Assembly: GCF_009914755.1 (NCBI RefSeq) | Contig: NC_060927.1 | Length of the DNA stretch: 64,000 nt | Strand: one strand, 5' to 3' | Source: the human T2T-CHM13v2.0 reference genome, Homo sapiens | In this document: positions 1 to 17,480 of the stretch, one piece after another | How the letters are laid out: each line of letters begins with the position of its first letter | How positions within the stretch are numbered: the first letter of the stretch is position 1 | Notes under the pieces: generated by a model | What the model saw: only the letters and a program-made list of their open reading frames with translations | What the model was told of the DNA's origin: nothing | Databases searched by the model: none | Translations under genes and position numbers: made by a program

Positions 1-1491
1 TTTACTGGCAGTGTGAAAATGGACTAAAACAATACCCATATGTCTAATGATGCATATTTCTAAACAGTGGAATTATAGGTGATCTTCTTCTTGTTTTGTT
101 ATTTTTCTGCATTTGTGAATATTTCAACAATGCATATGTATGGTTTGTGTGCTAACAGTTAAAAATCATGTTAAAATAGCAATAATAAAAACAAAAACAA
201 AGGGGAACAGAGTCTTAGAATTTAGAACATAAGCAATATATGAGCAAGCAATCCCAGAAGAAAAGGTTGATAAATCTGCATTAAAACTTCTATCATTTTA
301 TTAGCGATCAAAGACATAACATATTTTACTATTTAGACTATTTACATTTCCTAAAATTTCAGATTTCAATATTAATAATTAATCCTAAGGAAATTTGTCC
401 TTATTCTATACATTTTATCTCCTTATTACCCACCATTTTCATATAATAATAATGATGGTTAATATTTGAGGGGAGTTCTGTTCATGTAGGAGCAGATGGT
501 GTAACATGCCCAGCTTCTACAATATCTCCTTTTCCTCAGAGTTTCTATGGTTCATATGCTCAAAAGTGTATGTCATCCAGGTAGAAAATATAATAGACAT
601 GGAAAGATAAAGGTTTTTATTTTTATTTTTTTAAATTTGTCACCTTGGAAGAGAAAATGACTCTTTATTTTGTAACTCAGACAGGAGGCAAACAGCACAT
701 GGCATTGCTGACTGAGCTGCAAAATCAAAATTGACAAATCCTGGAGGAGAAGAAACTTACTATTGCAAAGTCAGGCATCACTGTGCATGCTGCCTGGGCT
801 TCCCTGGTGTCCTCCTGCTGCGGTTGAGCAGCCCTAAGGTCCAGGTGACATTAGTCTGGCTTTTCAGACAAGTCAAAAGGAAAAAAAAAATAATTTTATC
901 ATGAGGAAATAAAAGGCTTGGCACAGAATACCAGCCGCTTTTGCTGCTCTCATTATGATAAAGGGTCAGAGAGAAAGGTTGTTGATAAAACTCAACATGG
1001 GGCTTGAAAAAAGAACTGGATTTCTTTTTACCACCAGTCTTCTTAAAACTAAAGATAACTCAAGAGTTAATAGCAAAGAGTCACTGATGACGAAAGTGCT
1101 GTTAAAATGTTATGCTCATACATCACTGGTGGCGGTGACATTCAGTACAACTCTTGGAAAATGTTTTGACAAAAGCTATTGAGAATCATATTTATGCTTT
1201 TGCATTTTGATATGTATACATTGTTGTTTACACATATCCAGACACTCATGTTGGTGTTATACACTAGGATAATCGAAGCTAACTAAACATATATTGATTT
1301 AGGAATATTTATTCAATGGTTAACAAAATGGCATATCAACTTGGTTGTAAATGGCATATCAACTTGATGGACAATTATGCAACCATCAATAGGGCCAGTT
1401 AGGTAGAATATAAAGAAACACAGAAAATGCTTAGTAATGTTGCTTGGCAAAAGCAATATATAGATATCTATGTATACAGTAGTTAAAATTT

Positions 1492-1785
1492 GGCCTGGTG
1501 CAGTGGTGTATACCAGTAATCCCAGCACTTTGGGAGGCCAAGGCAGTACCATCCTGGGCAACATAGGGAGACCCTGTCTCTATAAAAAAAAAGCAAACAG
1601 GCAAACAAAGCAAAACAAACGAGCCAGTTGTAGTGGCATGCACCTGTGGTCCCAACTGCTCAGGAGGCTGAAGTGGAAGGATTGCTTGAATGTGGAGGGT
1701 CAGGGCTGCAGTGAGCCATAATCACACCACTGCACTCCAGCCTGGATGAAAGAGCAAAACCCTATCTCAATTAAAAAAAAAAAAA
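1492..1785 (+). mobile_element. Alu SINE (old, AluJ-like) with internal deletion in the left arm
   Basis: GGCCTGGTGCAGTGG...TAATCCCAGCACTTTGGGAGGCCAAGGCAG start, A-rich linker, right arm ...GCAGTGAGCC...CACTGCACTCCAGCCTGG, poly(A) at ~1773-1785. Confidence 0.93.
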
Positions 1786-1927
1786 AGAATTGTTATGAAA
1801 ACTATATATATTCAAAGAAAAAGACAAAGAAATAGGCAAGTAAATATAATTTTGCTAAAGAAATGCATTAATTCTAATTTGATTGCAATTCTTCTATCTT
1901 TAAACTTTTATCCCAAATGAATTAATT

Positions 1928-2225
1928 AATGCAAGAACAGGAAACTCAATACCACATGTTCTCGCTTATAAATGGGAACTAAACATCAGGTACTTATGGA
2001 CATAAAGATGGAAACAATAGACACTGGAGACTACTAGAGGAGCAAGGAAGGGAGGGGCCGAGGGGTGGAAAACTATCTATTTGTTGGGTACTATGCTCAG
2101 TACCTGGGTGATGGGTTCATTGCACCCCCAAGCTTCAGCATCATGCAATATACCCTGGTGACAAACCTGCACATGCATCCCCTGAATCTAAAACAAAAGT
2201 TGAAAAATAAAAATTAAAAAAAATA
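1928..2225 (+). mobile_element. LINE-1 3' end fragment (older L1PA/L1PB-type)
   Basis: TACCACATGTTCTCGCTTATAAATGGGAACTAAAC...ACAAACCTGCACATGCATCCCCTGAATCTAAAA followed by A-rich tail. Confidence 0.88.
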
Positions 2226-2829
2226 ATACAACTGTTATGATGCCATACATTGTTTATTAAAAATCTTAAAAATAATAAAAATAATTGAATATTTAATTTT
2301 TGTATGCCTGAAAACTAGCATTTAGGTTAATCTTCAGTAAGCATTTAATGAATGACTAATTTTAGAATCTGATTTTGTAAATTATGTGATAATCAACACT
2401 AAAGAAATATGCATATAATTGCTCCTGACCTGTATTAAATTTCCTCTTACTGATGTGACATGCACAGATTTAAGGTAAAAGGGGTAACTCAACACTGAAG
2501 CAAATAGGTCTCACAATTAAGCTAATGATCTCTAATGTTTCACAGAGTTTCTCAAGTTAACACATGACATAATGGGAAATGGGAACGTTGGTAAGTTATG
2601 CTGTGGTACATGGAGGAAGATTGAGTCTCAGGTCAGAACTGAGAGGAGAGGGTTGAGGAGAAACACCATTTGCCATGTATGCCCTGGGTTCCCAGCAAGG
2701 GTCCTAGGTGCTATGAAGACTTACAGTTCAGCACACTTGAAACCTGTTAAGGACCTCTGCTCTGAAACAGGGTCAGGAAGTAAGTAGCATAAAACCTTAA
2801 TGGCAAATTTGGTGGGACAATATGTAAGA

Positions 2830-2890
2830 GTGTGTGTGTGTGTGTGTATGTGTGTGTGTGACAGAGAAAGAAACAGAGACAGAGAGAGTG
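2830..2890. repeat. (TG)n/(GA)n compound microsatellite
   Basis: Read directly from sequence. Confidence 0.95.
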
Positions 2891-4027
2891 CACAAATGCA
2901 CTGGAATTGCATGAATTGGGGCTCACAGAAATCCATCTTTCTGCTGTGTCCTCCCATTATTGTCTAAATTTGGTTTCCGTAGATAATTGTGTAAAGAGTA
3001 CCTGCTCCTCCACCTGCAAATCTCTGTAGGGTGCACCAATTTGCCCTATGAAGCTGAAAGCAAAGAAATAGGCAACCACTAGTTACTGAGGTAACACATT
3101 TACAGTCTTATATTTTTTCCTTTTTCCATTCATTTCTTAATAAAGTTGTCTGCAGTTAGGAAACAGTTGTTGAGATTTAAATCTCCCATAGTCATAGAAG
3201 AGTTTATGACCCTTTGCCTATTAGTGAACAGAGATGATTTATTGGGAGAAAAAAAATGCTCTAGGAATCCTCCAAATGTGTAAAATAATAATTAGAAAGA
3301 ACAACAACTGACCTTACTTAAAATAGCATAAAGAAGAGGAAAAAGCAGTAACACAGTATTCTATAAATTTACAGAAGCATCAAACCAAGATTTTATCCCA
3401 TCTCTTTGCCACTTACTGCATAAAATTAAGAGAATAATTAATTATGGGTGTCTGAAAATAAGGTATTAATTTCAAATTGTTTACATGTAAACATAATGTT
3501 CTCACTTTCTCTCTCTTTGATTTTTTTATTTCATTGCTAAATTAAGAACATCACTTAAAAAGATCTGGTGCATCATAACAGAAGCTGGGAAATTTATTAA
3601 CCACTCATTTCATCAATTTCCTCCAGCATATAAATTGCTATTCAGGAGTATTCAAGCCTTTTTAACACTAGTGAGTTAGAAAAGTTATTGCTGTGGATCC
3701 CCCATTATAGCACGGAATAATAATTTTTGAACTGTGAGGTTCAGAATTTCTGCATAGTTTTAATCTAGTCTTCATTTTTATATATACTTCAGTTATTAAA
3801 AAATCAACATTACTCTTAAAAGTATTTACCAAATATTAACAATTTGAAATTACTGACATATTGTTTTATTTGCACCAAACTTTTTCTCTTACCATCCTTA
3901 CTTTGTTGAATGCGTCCTGTGATTATTAAGTAGCAAAAATGGTTACCAGTTGCAACTAATCATCAGAAGATTTCCTAGGTTCTATGCAATAGAAAAAAAC
4001 CTCAAAATACATTGGATGTGAAGGTGG

Positions 4028-4344
4028 TGGTATTGTTTGAATGTGGTCCCTTCAAAATTCAGGTGTTGCCAATGTGATGATTTTAAGAAGCTGGGCCTTT
4101 GTAAGGTAATTAGGCCATGAGGGCTTACTGGGATTAAAGCTCTTTCAAAGGAAGCTTCACACAGCCTTTGGCTACCTTGCCCTCTGTTTTATGCCATGTG
4201 AGGATGTAGCAAGAAGGCCCTAAGCAGACCAATGCCAATGCCTTAGTCTTGAGCTTCCAGTCTCCAGAGTTGTAACAAATAAATTTCTTTTATTTGTAAA
4301 TTACTCAGCCTGTGGTATTTTGTTGTAGCAGCACAAACAGACTA
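4028..4344 (+). mobile_element. MaLR solo LTR (MST/MLT1A-type)
   Basis: TGGTATTGTTTGAATGTGGTCCC start; ...AATAAATTTCTTTT...GGTATTTTGTTGTAGCAGCACAAACAGACTA end; flanked by GGTGG. Confidence 0.8.
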
Positions 4345-4756
4345 GGTGGCGATATTACTGTAACTGTCATCCATAACCTCCAATTCCGAATGTCTGTGTT
4401 CATGAAAATAGCCTTTATTATTCTTATTATTAAAATTTATAATAAATATGTACTATAAATTTGAATTTATTGAATAAATTTATAGCAATAAAATACTCTT
4501 CTTAAAAATATCTTTAAAGTAATATGGTAGTTTACTATAATATTTCATTTATATAGATGATTTCTGCAACTAACGTACTCCACAAGTGATATAGATGTTT
4601 CTGGGAACAATTTTGTATTCCATGTCTTCTGACGGTAGTGCAACTGCCTTTCTGAAAGTTTGTGCATGGTAGATAGAATAAAATCTCCAAAATAAACTTT
4701 ATCAGGTAAATTTTAAGAAGTTATTTGGTGTGACAAGAAAGCACCTGCCTTTCACC

Positions 4757-5037
4757 TGTGAGGAGTACAGTTGGTTGACACCTTCCAGCCATAGCATCTT
4801 TGGGGCCACCTGCAGCATTTGTACCAAGGCTGACCTCTTCTCAGTGTGCCCCAGACAATGACTGAGCCTAGGATGGCCTATGGCGGGACTCAGAGATCCC
4901 CTTTGGGTTGGTTAAAATTTTTTCGAATTTGCCCAATCTTGCTTCCTTTCCCTTTTATCTTCACAGGCATTGATCTTCAGCCCCAACTTCAAAACCACTA
5001 TACCTGTCTGTGTATTTGCTTCCTATAGAACCCAAAG
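4757..5037 (+). mobile_element. ERVL LTR16-like solo LTR relic
   Basis: Resembles LTR16 3' end (...TGCTTCCTATAGAACCCAAA); highly diverged. Confidence 0.5.
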
Positions 5038-7759
5038 TTTCCAATTTAGATACATGTTTATGCACACATTTTTATTATTTCAAGATATAAAAAGTTATTG
5101 TGCAAGTTAACATATGAGCAAAGTTCTTAGTATTTCCTTTAAGTTCCTGTGCTGGAGGCAGCCATTTTAAGACCTTTAAACACTTTAATTTTAGCAGTTC
5201 ACATTTTGTCCACTAGGATAAGAAATCTGTCAAGAAAATCAATTTAATTTAGTCAACTCTAAGTTAGTTACAGCTACTGTTTGTACTTGGAAATATATAC
5301 ATATTAAAATGTGACTTTTTAATTTTTGACAGATTTTAATAAAATACATCATGATTCAAGAAACATTTTTTCTTTACAAAGAAAATTATGTAAAATTAAG
5401 AAGATGAGCAAAATATTATCAATTTTATAATGAGGAATTCACGTAACAAATTTAATAGTAGGATTTTAATTTTCTTGTTTATTGTTTATTCTTTCTTCAC
5501 TTATTTATTTATTTTACATATTCTGGACTTCAAATAACTTGAAATGTCTCATGGATAGTGCCTATGCTTGATTGTCCTTCAATCTAAAAGCTTAGAAAAT
5601 ACCTTTTCTTATAGAATCTATTTCTGACGGTTTTGATTGAACTATTTAGGTCTCAGACCAGTTGGTCTGATGAGGCATCTTAGCCACATTATAATTATAC
5701 ACCTATAATCATGTGGTTTAAAGAGTAAATTCAGCAGCCTCTGAATTCTGATTGAGTTTGTTCAGGTGAATGAGGCTCCTCCTCTCCACCTCTCCAGGCT
5801 TAAACTTGGACATGTTTTACATGTAGGGCAACTGCTTGGCTCTTGCTATTTTGTGGCTCCCAGTTTACAGCAGTCTGCACGAGGTTAATTGGAACAAATT
5901 CCTTCTCCCTACTCTTTTCTTTATGTGAGAATATAATCAGAATGACTATTTACATAGTAATTTACTTTCCACAGTATCCAACTTCCTAAATTCAAATCTA
6001 TATCTGTCATTATAAGTACAAACATCACTTCCTTATGTGGGTTTTATTAACTTTCCCCTTTCAATTTGGTAAAACTCAGGTACAAAAGAACAAAACAAAA
6101 ACACGCAACAACAACAACAACGACAAAAACGCTTATTATGAGTATGTTGTGAAGAAATCCCTCAATGTATCAAGTGGATTAAACTTCATAATATTGAGCC
6201 ATTTCACCGTTTTCAAGTAATGTTCACATGCATTTTATCACTATCATGTACAATTTGAGAAAAAATGTTTTAAAAGCATAAGAAATAGTACTGTATTTAA
6301 GAAAAAATTATAATAGATGGTCTGTAAATAACCCACAAGGTTGTATGTGTTTCTTTTTCTTTTTCTTTTTTTTTTGATTCCTTATTTTTTATTCACTGAG
6401 GGAAAATCCCATAAAGGTTGCAATCCCACTTTTGCTAAGTGGAGTACTGAAAACTACACATCCACATTCTTTGTTATGGCATAAAAATATCTTACTTTTT
6501 CTTGTCTGCATGATGTAGTTCTTTAGGTAGCTGGCAAAACACACTGCCCATTCAGCAATTATGCAGTTCCCTTCTGGTGTAACAAGTGCATTCTTCGTGT
6601 CTTTATTCTTAGGCTTATTATACTGAGTTAAGAGGATTAATCTACTAGTGGAACTCTATTATTCTCTACATTAGGTCAGAAAAAAAGATTAGTTTTGCAG
6701 AGAAAAATTACAAGGCAGTAGTCACATTTGATACTTTTTCTCTGTTGTTTTAATTAAGCTATATTCTAGAATTTAAGGAATAAATATATTAATAATAAAG
6801 TTATTTTTGAATTAGAAGTAAGCCCTAAAGTTTGGCATGAACTTACTGTGTAACCTTATTCTTTACGTGCCTTTCTTTACTCATTCAGTCTCTTGTGCTG
6901 TAAACTTCTCCACACATTGACTTTTACTAAATACATATGTGTACTCAAATCTCTCCCATTAGAAAAAAATCACTCTATTTTTCAGCACAGGACCCTGTTT
7001 GTCATTAAAGGATATACATAGTAAATTTAACAAATAAACAGATGTATATTTATGATTTACAAGTTCTACTCATTCATTTGGTCATTTAATAAATATTGAT
7101 TACCTCCCAGGTGTTCAGGACTACTCTTAAAATTTTTACATGTGACTTGAGAGAGTCGTAAGTTAACTGTTAACTCCTTTTCCAAATGCATGTCTTGCAT
7201 CTTTTCTAGATACTTTTTCTTGGTGATCTTATTTTTTTACTACAAGCAATTTATGCTCAATAATATATTAGTAATATAATAATAATGATTTATTCTCAAA
7301 AATATAATTAATTTTCTCTCCCTCCTGCAAAGCAATGATAATACAGGGATGTGGTTCTTGATGTAAATATGTGCAGCTATTTTTAGTTAAGGCCTAATTT
7401 TTACTCTAGCTGCCTTTTATGTTCAGAACTATTTTCACTGGACTGATATTATTCCCACAATAAATCATGGCAGAGAGGAAAACTTTAAAAATGTAAAAGG
7501 ACTCCTTCCATCAGTAGTGTTAGCACATGTCACCAATGACTCAGGTATTTCCACTATGGCTTTGTAGAAAACTTTTCTTTGATGTGGAAGGATAAATATG
7601 GCTTTCTAAAGCTATGTGGAATAATTTTATCTACTTTTGTTTTCTATAATTTCCACAACAAAATGTAATACATACATATATATTTTTTAAAACCCTTTCT
7701 AAAGTGGTATATACACACTGCAAACCCAATCCCCACCAATACGTCATACATCCATATAA

Positions 7760-8112
7760 CAAACATGCACATGTATATATATATATGTGCATGTACGTAT
7801 ATACACATACATGCATACATGTGTATATGTATGCATACAGGCATATACATACATGCATGTACTTACATGCATATGTATATGCACATACATATCACTTACA
7901 TGTATATGCACACAGGCATATACATACTTACATGCATGTGCATACATAGACATACATGCATACATGTGTGTATATGCATAGAGGCATATGTATGTATACA
8001 TGTATTGACATGTGCATGAATATACATACACGTATGCATATATACACACATATGTATATGTATGTACCTATATAATATACATGTACATGTATGTATATGT
8101 ATGTACATATAT
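7760..8112. repeat. Alternating purine/pyrimidine low-complexity tract (CATA/TACA/TATG/TGCA units)
   Basis: ~350 bp nearly continuous RY alternation; source of the many H/M/Y/C/V-rich spurious ORFs. Confidence 0.95.
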
Positions 8113-8350
8113 AATTGCTTTCTATCGGTTGTGTTATTAAATAAAATAAATCTCTAAAAAACATGTGTGTTTTCCTCAAAATAGCAACTGGCATATAATA
8201 GATATTTAACATTGATTGATTAAATAATAATTCTTATTATAATTTCAGTATACTTACTTGCTACTTAGCTCAGAGGCTTACAAATTTCAGATGTTCCAAT
8301 AAATAAGAGATTAAGTCTGTGAGTGACTGTGTTAAAATTAGTTTCTGTAA

Positions 8351-8698
<348 letters not shown>

Positions 8699-9699
8699 TA
8701 AATGAAAAAACAAAAACAATGATTTCCCCTTCAAATATCAATTGAGCCCTTTACTAAAAGTAGTCTTAAAGTTGTCCAAAACCTTTAATCAGTCTTTAAG
8801 GAATAGTAATATCATCAATAATATCATGATATGCATCCTATTTTAACAAATGTGCAACATACCAATGTAGTACCTTAAATTACAAAAAAAAAAAAAAGTC
8901 TGTCTTGGGTTACCACTAAAATATTTCTCCAACCTCTTTCTCCTTTGCTTCACTGCTCTATTTTCCATTAAAAATTCTTTTTTTAAGATTTCCCAGTCAA
9001 TTTGCCTGATTATTTTATCCTTCTGATTTTCTCATCATTGTCTTTAGGATTCTTTTTGTCCTTTCTCTCACCAGCACCTTCCTTTGATTCTCTGCCTATA
9101 TTCTCCTCCATCTGGATTCCCTCCTTCATAGCTCTTCTGCTTCCACGATTTTAACTTACATTTCTATACTGACAAATCACCAAAGAACATTTCTGTCTCT
9201 GACCTTCAACCAGTTTCTGATCATTTATTTCCAGTTGCTTTCAGCTATGTCAACTTGAACGATTTGATATCCTAACAGAATTCAAATTTCTAATGTATCT
9301 ACATTTTCCTAATCAGAAATTCATATGTGGGAACATCTGATTTTGCTGTGTAATCACAACAATGTAAAGTTTTCAACATCTTGCCAGTCCTCAGGCCCAA
9401 AATGACCTATGTTACCCATTTCAAAACACGTTGCTAAAATGTTGCCAAAAATAGTTAATAAAAATGTGACAACTGTTTTTAATGCAAACTATTGACTTCA
9501 TAATATTCTATGAGTAAATGTATTATATGGTTCACTCTAAAACAAAAACAAAACAATTCTAACAATTGTTAACAATGTTATTAATGATTCTAAACAATGA
9601 TCCACAATCTGAAACTCTGGATGTAAGGCCAAGACTTGTATTTTCAAAAGTTCATGATGTTGAGCTAAAATATAAATCCACACATTTTTAATATCAATT

Positions 9700-11088
9700 G
9701 AACACACAATGGGGAAAAATAGTCTCTTCAAAGTGGTGTGTGTTGGGACAACTGGGTATCCACATGCAGAAGAGTGAAATTATCTGTATCTCCCACCATA
9801 TACAAACACCAATTCGAAATGTATTAAAGACTTAAGATTAGAAACTGTAGAACTACTAGAAGAAAAGGTAGGGGAAAAGTCTCCACGATATTAGCCTGGG
9901 CAATGATTTTTTTTAAATATAAGTCTAAAAGCACAGGCAACAAAAGTAAAAATACACAATGGGACCATAGCAAACAAAAGAGCTTCTGCACAGCCAGGGG
10001 AACAATCAACAGAGTGAAGAGACAACCTATGAGATTGGAGAAAATGTTTACAAACCATATATTTGATAAGGAGTTAATATTCAAAATATATAAGGAAGTC
10101 AAACAACTTCATGGTAAAAAAAAACTTGATTAAAAATAGGCAGAGATCTGAACAGATATTTCTCAAAAGATGACATACAAATGGTCAACAGGTATAAGAA
10201 AAAATGTTCAACATAACTAATCATCAGGGAAATGCATATTAAAACCACAATAAGATATCGCCTCACACCTCTTTAGAATGGCTATTTTCCAAAAGAAAAA
10301 GATAACAAATATTGGAAAGGATGCAGAGAAAAGAAAACCCTGGCACATTGTTGGTGAAAATTAGTACAGCCATTATTGAAGACAGAATGTAAGTTTCTCA
10401 AAAAATTAAGCAGAACTACGAAATGATTTAGCAATCCCCCTGCTCAGTAGTTAATCATAGAAAATGAAATTAATATTTGAAGACATATCTGCATGTCTGT
10501 TGAAGCATTGTTCACAATAGCCAAGATATGCAAACAATCTAAGTGTCCATTAACAGAGGACTAGATGAAGAAAATGTGTTATATATACACAATGGAATAC
10601 CATTCAGCCTTAAAAAAAAAAAAACAAATTGTATAGTGGTAACAATATGGATGAACCTGGAGGACTTTATGTTGGGCAAAATAAGCCAGTCACAAAAAGA
10701 CAAATACCACATGATCTCACTTACACTTGGAATTCAAAAAGTTGAACTCATAGAAGCAGCGAGTACAATGATAGTTACCAAGGTTTGGGGCTGGGGCTGG
10801 GGAGGCCGCTGGGGAGATGTTTGTTAAAAGATACAAATTTGCAGTTAGGGAGAAAAAAGTAAGTTGGAAGAGATCCAATGTACAACACAATGACTATAGT
10901 TAATAAGGTATTCTTGAAATTGCTAACAGAGTAGATTTTAAGTATTCTTACCACAAAATAGAAGTATGTGAATTAATGCATATATTAATTGTCTTGCTTT
11001 AGCCACTCCATAGTGTATGCATATTTTAAAACAACATGTACATGAAAAACATATGCTGTTTGTATTTCTCAAGTAAGAAATAAATACA
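9700..11088 (+). mobile_element. Old LINE-1 (L1MA-type) 3' portion, degenerate ORF2 C-terminus plus 3' UTR
   Basis: ORF 9903-10133 (QKSFCTARGTINRVKRQP...DKELIFKIYKE) and 10543-10827 (WMNLEDFMLGKISQSQKDKYHMISL) are L1 ORF2p-like. Confidence 0.9.
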
Positions 11089-11567
11089 TAATGTGGGAAA
11101 CAAGCTTATAGAAAAATGTCACCACACCTGGGAGCAACAAGAACTCAATGAATATTCTTGCAATGACTTCATTCATTAACTTACTTGTCAAGAAGCTACA
11201 TGTTATACTTTAATCCAGTAATCAAGTAACTAACATTTTTAGGCTTTCTGTGATTTGTTAATTAATGAATTAATAAATTAATTACATCTCAGTAATGAAA
11301 GGGCAAAACAGCTTTATGCACTCAGGCGAGTATGGACTTTGTAATACGTCAGATATGGACATATATCCTATTTCTAACCCTAATTTCCATATGACCTTGG
11401 GTAAAGGTAACCTGCTTACCTCCGTAAACCTGTTTCCTCATCAGCAAGTGCATTCAATTAATCTCATCTTGCATATTCTCATTTCATCTAGAAAATTTCA
11501 GAGATGTGTTTGGAAACTACCAGACCAATACAACACACAACAATACAGCAAGAGCATAGTTTTTTGC

Positions 11568-15020
<3,453 letters not shown>

Positions 15021-15210
15021 GAGCATAGATTTTAAACCAGGAGACATCTTAAAATGGCAGATTTCAAAACCTCCTTTCAGGACTCAGTGGCATCAGAGTC
15101 AGAATCTTTGTGAGTGGATCAAATATCTACATTGTTATTAAGCTGTCTGGCTTTGATCCGATGTACACAAGCCAAACATTTAAGCACAATTGCCTGGGAT
15201 GAGGACATAG

Positions 15211-15541
<331 letters not shown>

Positions 15542-15729
15542 AATAGTCATTATTCAAAGTACTTTCAAACACATTCAATTCATTCAGTTCTTACAAGGCA
15601 GGGCGTCATGGATCCATTCATTCATTTATTAACCAGGCAGTGATTATCAGGCATCATGTTAGGTACTGAGTGGTAAAATGGGAAACAGGCCTAGGTGTTC
15701 CTTAGTCATGGAGTATATAATAAAACAAA

Positions 15730-15845
15730 GTTCATGATATTTATACACAATATGAATGTGCTTAATGCTGCTAAATGGTACACTTGGAAATAGTTAAAAT
15801 AGTGAAGTGTATGTTATGCGTATCTTACCACAATAAAAAACAAAA
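15730..15845 (+). mobile_element. L1MB-type 3' end fragment
   Basis: TGAATGTGCTTAATGCTGCTAAATGGTACACTT...TATCTTACCACAATAAAAAA. Confidence 0.7.
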
Positions 15846-16384
15846 AGTTGACCATATTTATTCTTTATAGCAATTATTCCTAATAGTAGATTATTCTGGG
15901 AGAAACATATGAAAATGTTAGTTTCAAGGGTTGGGAGATCACATAAGACTTAAAAAGTCAAGTAGTCTCCACAAATTCTGAAATGTTTTCAAGGTATATA
16001 GCATTCCCTCAGCCATGAGGTAGTGACATGGAATACACCAGCTCTTTTACTGACTTGACCGACATCTATGTCAAATTATTTGATCTCTCTGATGTTTATC
16101 TTTCCTTATATAGATCAGCCTCAAGAGTTAACACATTAAAGTTAAGGAATGTCCAAGACAGCAAGAGACAACCTCAATGTCAAAGTGAGCCATAGTGGAG
16201 ACAAATGGAGTCCACACAAAACCAATTATAAGTTAGTTCAAATGCTGCTAGTGGTCACTTCAGATATCTTAGCTTGGCTACTCTGTAATTAGTCACTGCT
16301 CTTCAGAGGACTTCATTATCTCTGGAGTATGCCACCACAGAAAAAGATACAAATATTTGCAATGTACCATAATTGATTTTAGAT

Positions 16385-16830
16385 ACTTTTATATGCATTA
16401 CTTCATATACTTACCAATTTTTTTGTAGTGAGGACATTTAAAATTTACTCTCTTAGCAATTTTCAAGTACATACTATATTGTTATAAACTGTAATCACCG
16501 TGATGTTCAATAGATCTCTTGAACTTATTCCTCCTATCTAACAGAAATTTTGTGTCCTTCGACCTCAACATCCCCCCATTCCCTCCAGCTCTTGGCAGTC
16601 ATCATTCTGGCCTCTACTTCTATAAGTTCAACTTTTTTAGATTCCCTATATACGTGAGATCATGTGGTATTTGTCTTTCTGTGCCGGTTTATTCCATTCA
16701 GCATAATGTCCTACAGGTTTATCCATGTTGTCACAAATGACAGGATTTTCTTCTTTCCTAAAGGCTGAATGGTATTCTATTGTGTATATATACAACATCT
16801 TCTTTATTCACTCATTGATAGACACATTTT
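16385..16830 (-). mobile_element. L1MA-type 3' end fragment
   Basis: CTCTCTTAGCAATTTTCAAGTACA...AATAGATCTCTTGAACTTATTCCTCCT...TCCATGTTGTCACAAATGACAGGATTT. Confidence 0.85.
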
Positions 16831-16935
16831 TAATTGGTAGTATTAGTTTTGATGAGGTATAACTTCTAAATATATTCATTTTTAATTTCTTTCTGCACTT
16901 CCAAAATTTGTCCACCAGTGACATACCTAATTTTT

Positions 16936-16970
<35 letters not shown>
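16936..16970. repeat. (GTA)11 trinucleotide microsatellite
   Basis: Read directly from sequence. Confidence 0.97.
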
Positions 16971-16971
<1 letters not shown>

Positions 16972-17170
16972 TTTCTGAATCTATATTTAAATGAAGCTAT
17001 ACAAAGCTTTCATTAGAAGATATAGTAACATAGAGACGAATCATTCTCCAACTTTGTTGTGCATGAGAAATGTTGGAATTAATTTTTTTTAAATTTCTAA
17101 GCCCAAATCCAAAAGATGCTTTTGCAACTATAGGTTGTAGATAAGGATATGTGGTTTTAACAAGGTTGTG

Positions 17171-17480
17171 GGCTGGGTGTGGTGGTTCACGCTTGTAATC
17201 CTAGCACTTTGTGAGGCTGAGCCAGGCAGATCACTTGACGTCAGGAGTTCAAGACCAGCCTGGCCAACATGGTGAAACCCCGTCTCTACAAAATATAAAA
17301 ACATTAACCGGGCATGGTGGTGGACACCTGTATTTTCAGCTACTCAGGAGGCTGAGGCAGGAGAACCGCTTGAATCTGGGAGGCAGAAGTTGCAGTGAGC
17401 AGAGATTGAGCCACTGCACTCTAGCCTGAGCAACAGAGCAAGACTCCATCTCAAAAACAAAAGCAACAACAACAACAAAA
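17171..17480 (+). mobile_element. Alu SINE (AluS-like) with (CAA)n tail
   Basis: Full dimer; TSD AAGGTTGTG at 17162-17170 and 17482-17490. Confidence 0.96.

Noticed and set aside
1326-1366. Direct repeat with spacer as a CRISPR-like array
   Set aside because: Only two copies, 5-nt spacer, eukaryotic context, no cas genes
5653-5670. TCAGACCA-GT-TGGTCTGA palindrome
   Set aside because: An 8-bp stem is expected by chance in 64 kb, with no supporting context
7631-8212. Cluster of overlapping His/Cys/Tyr/Met-rich ORFs on both strands
   Set aside because: Translation artefact of the RY simple repeat, which cannot easily encode stops
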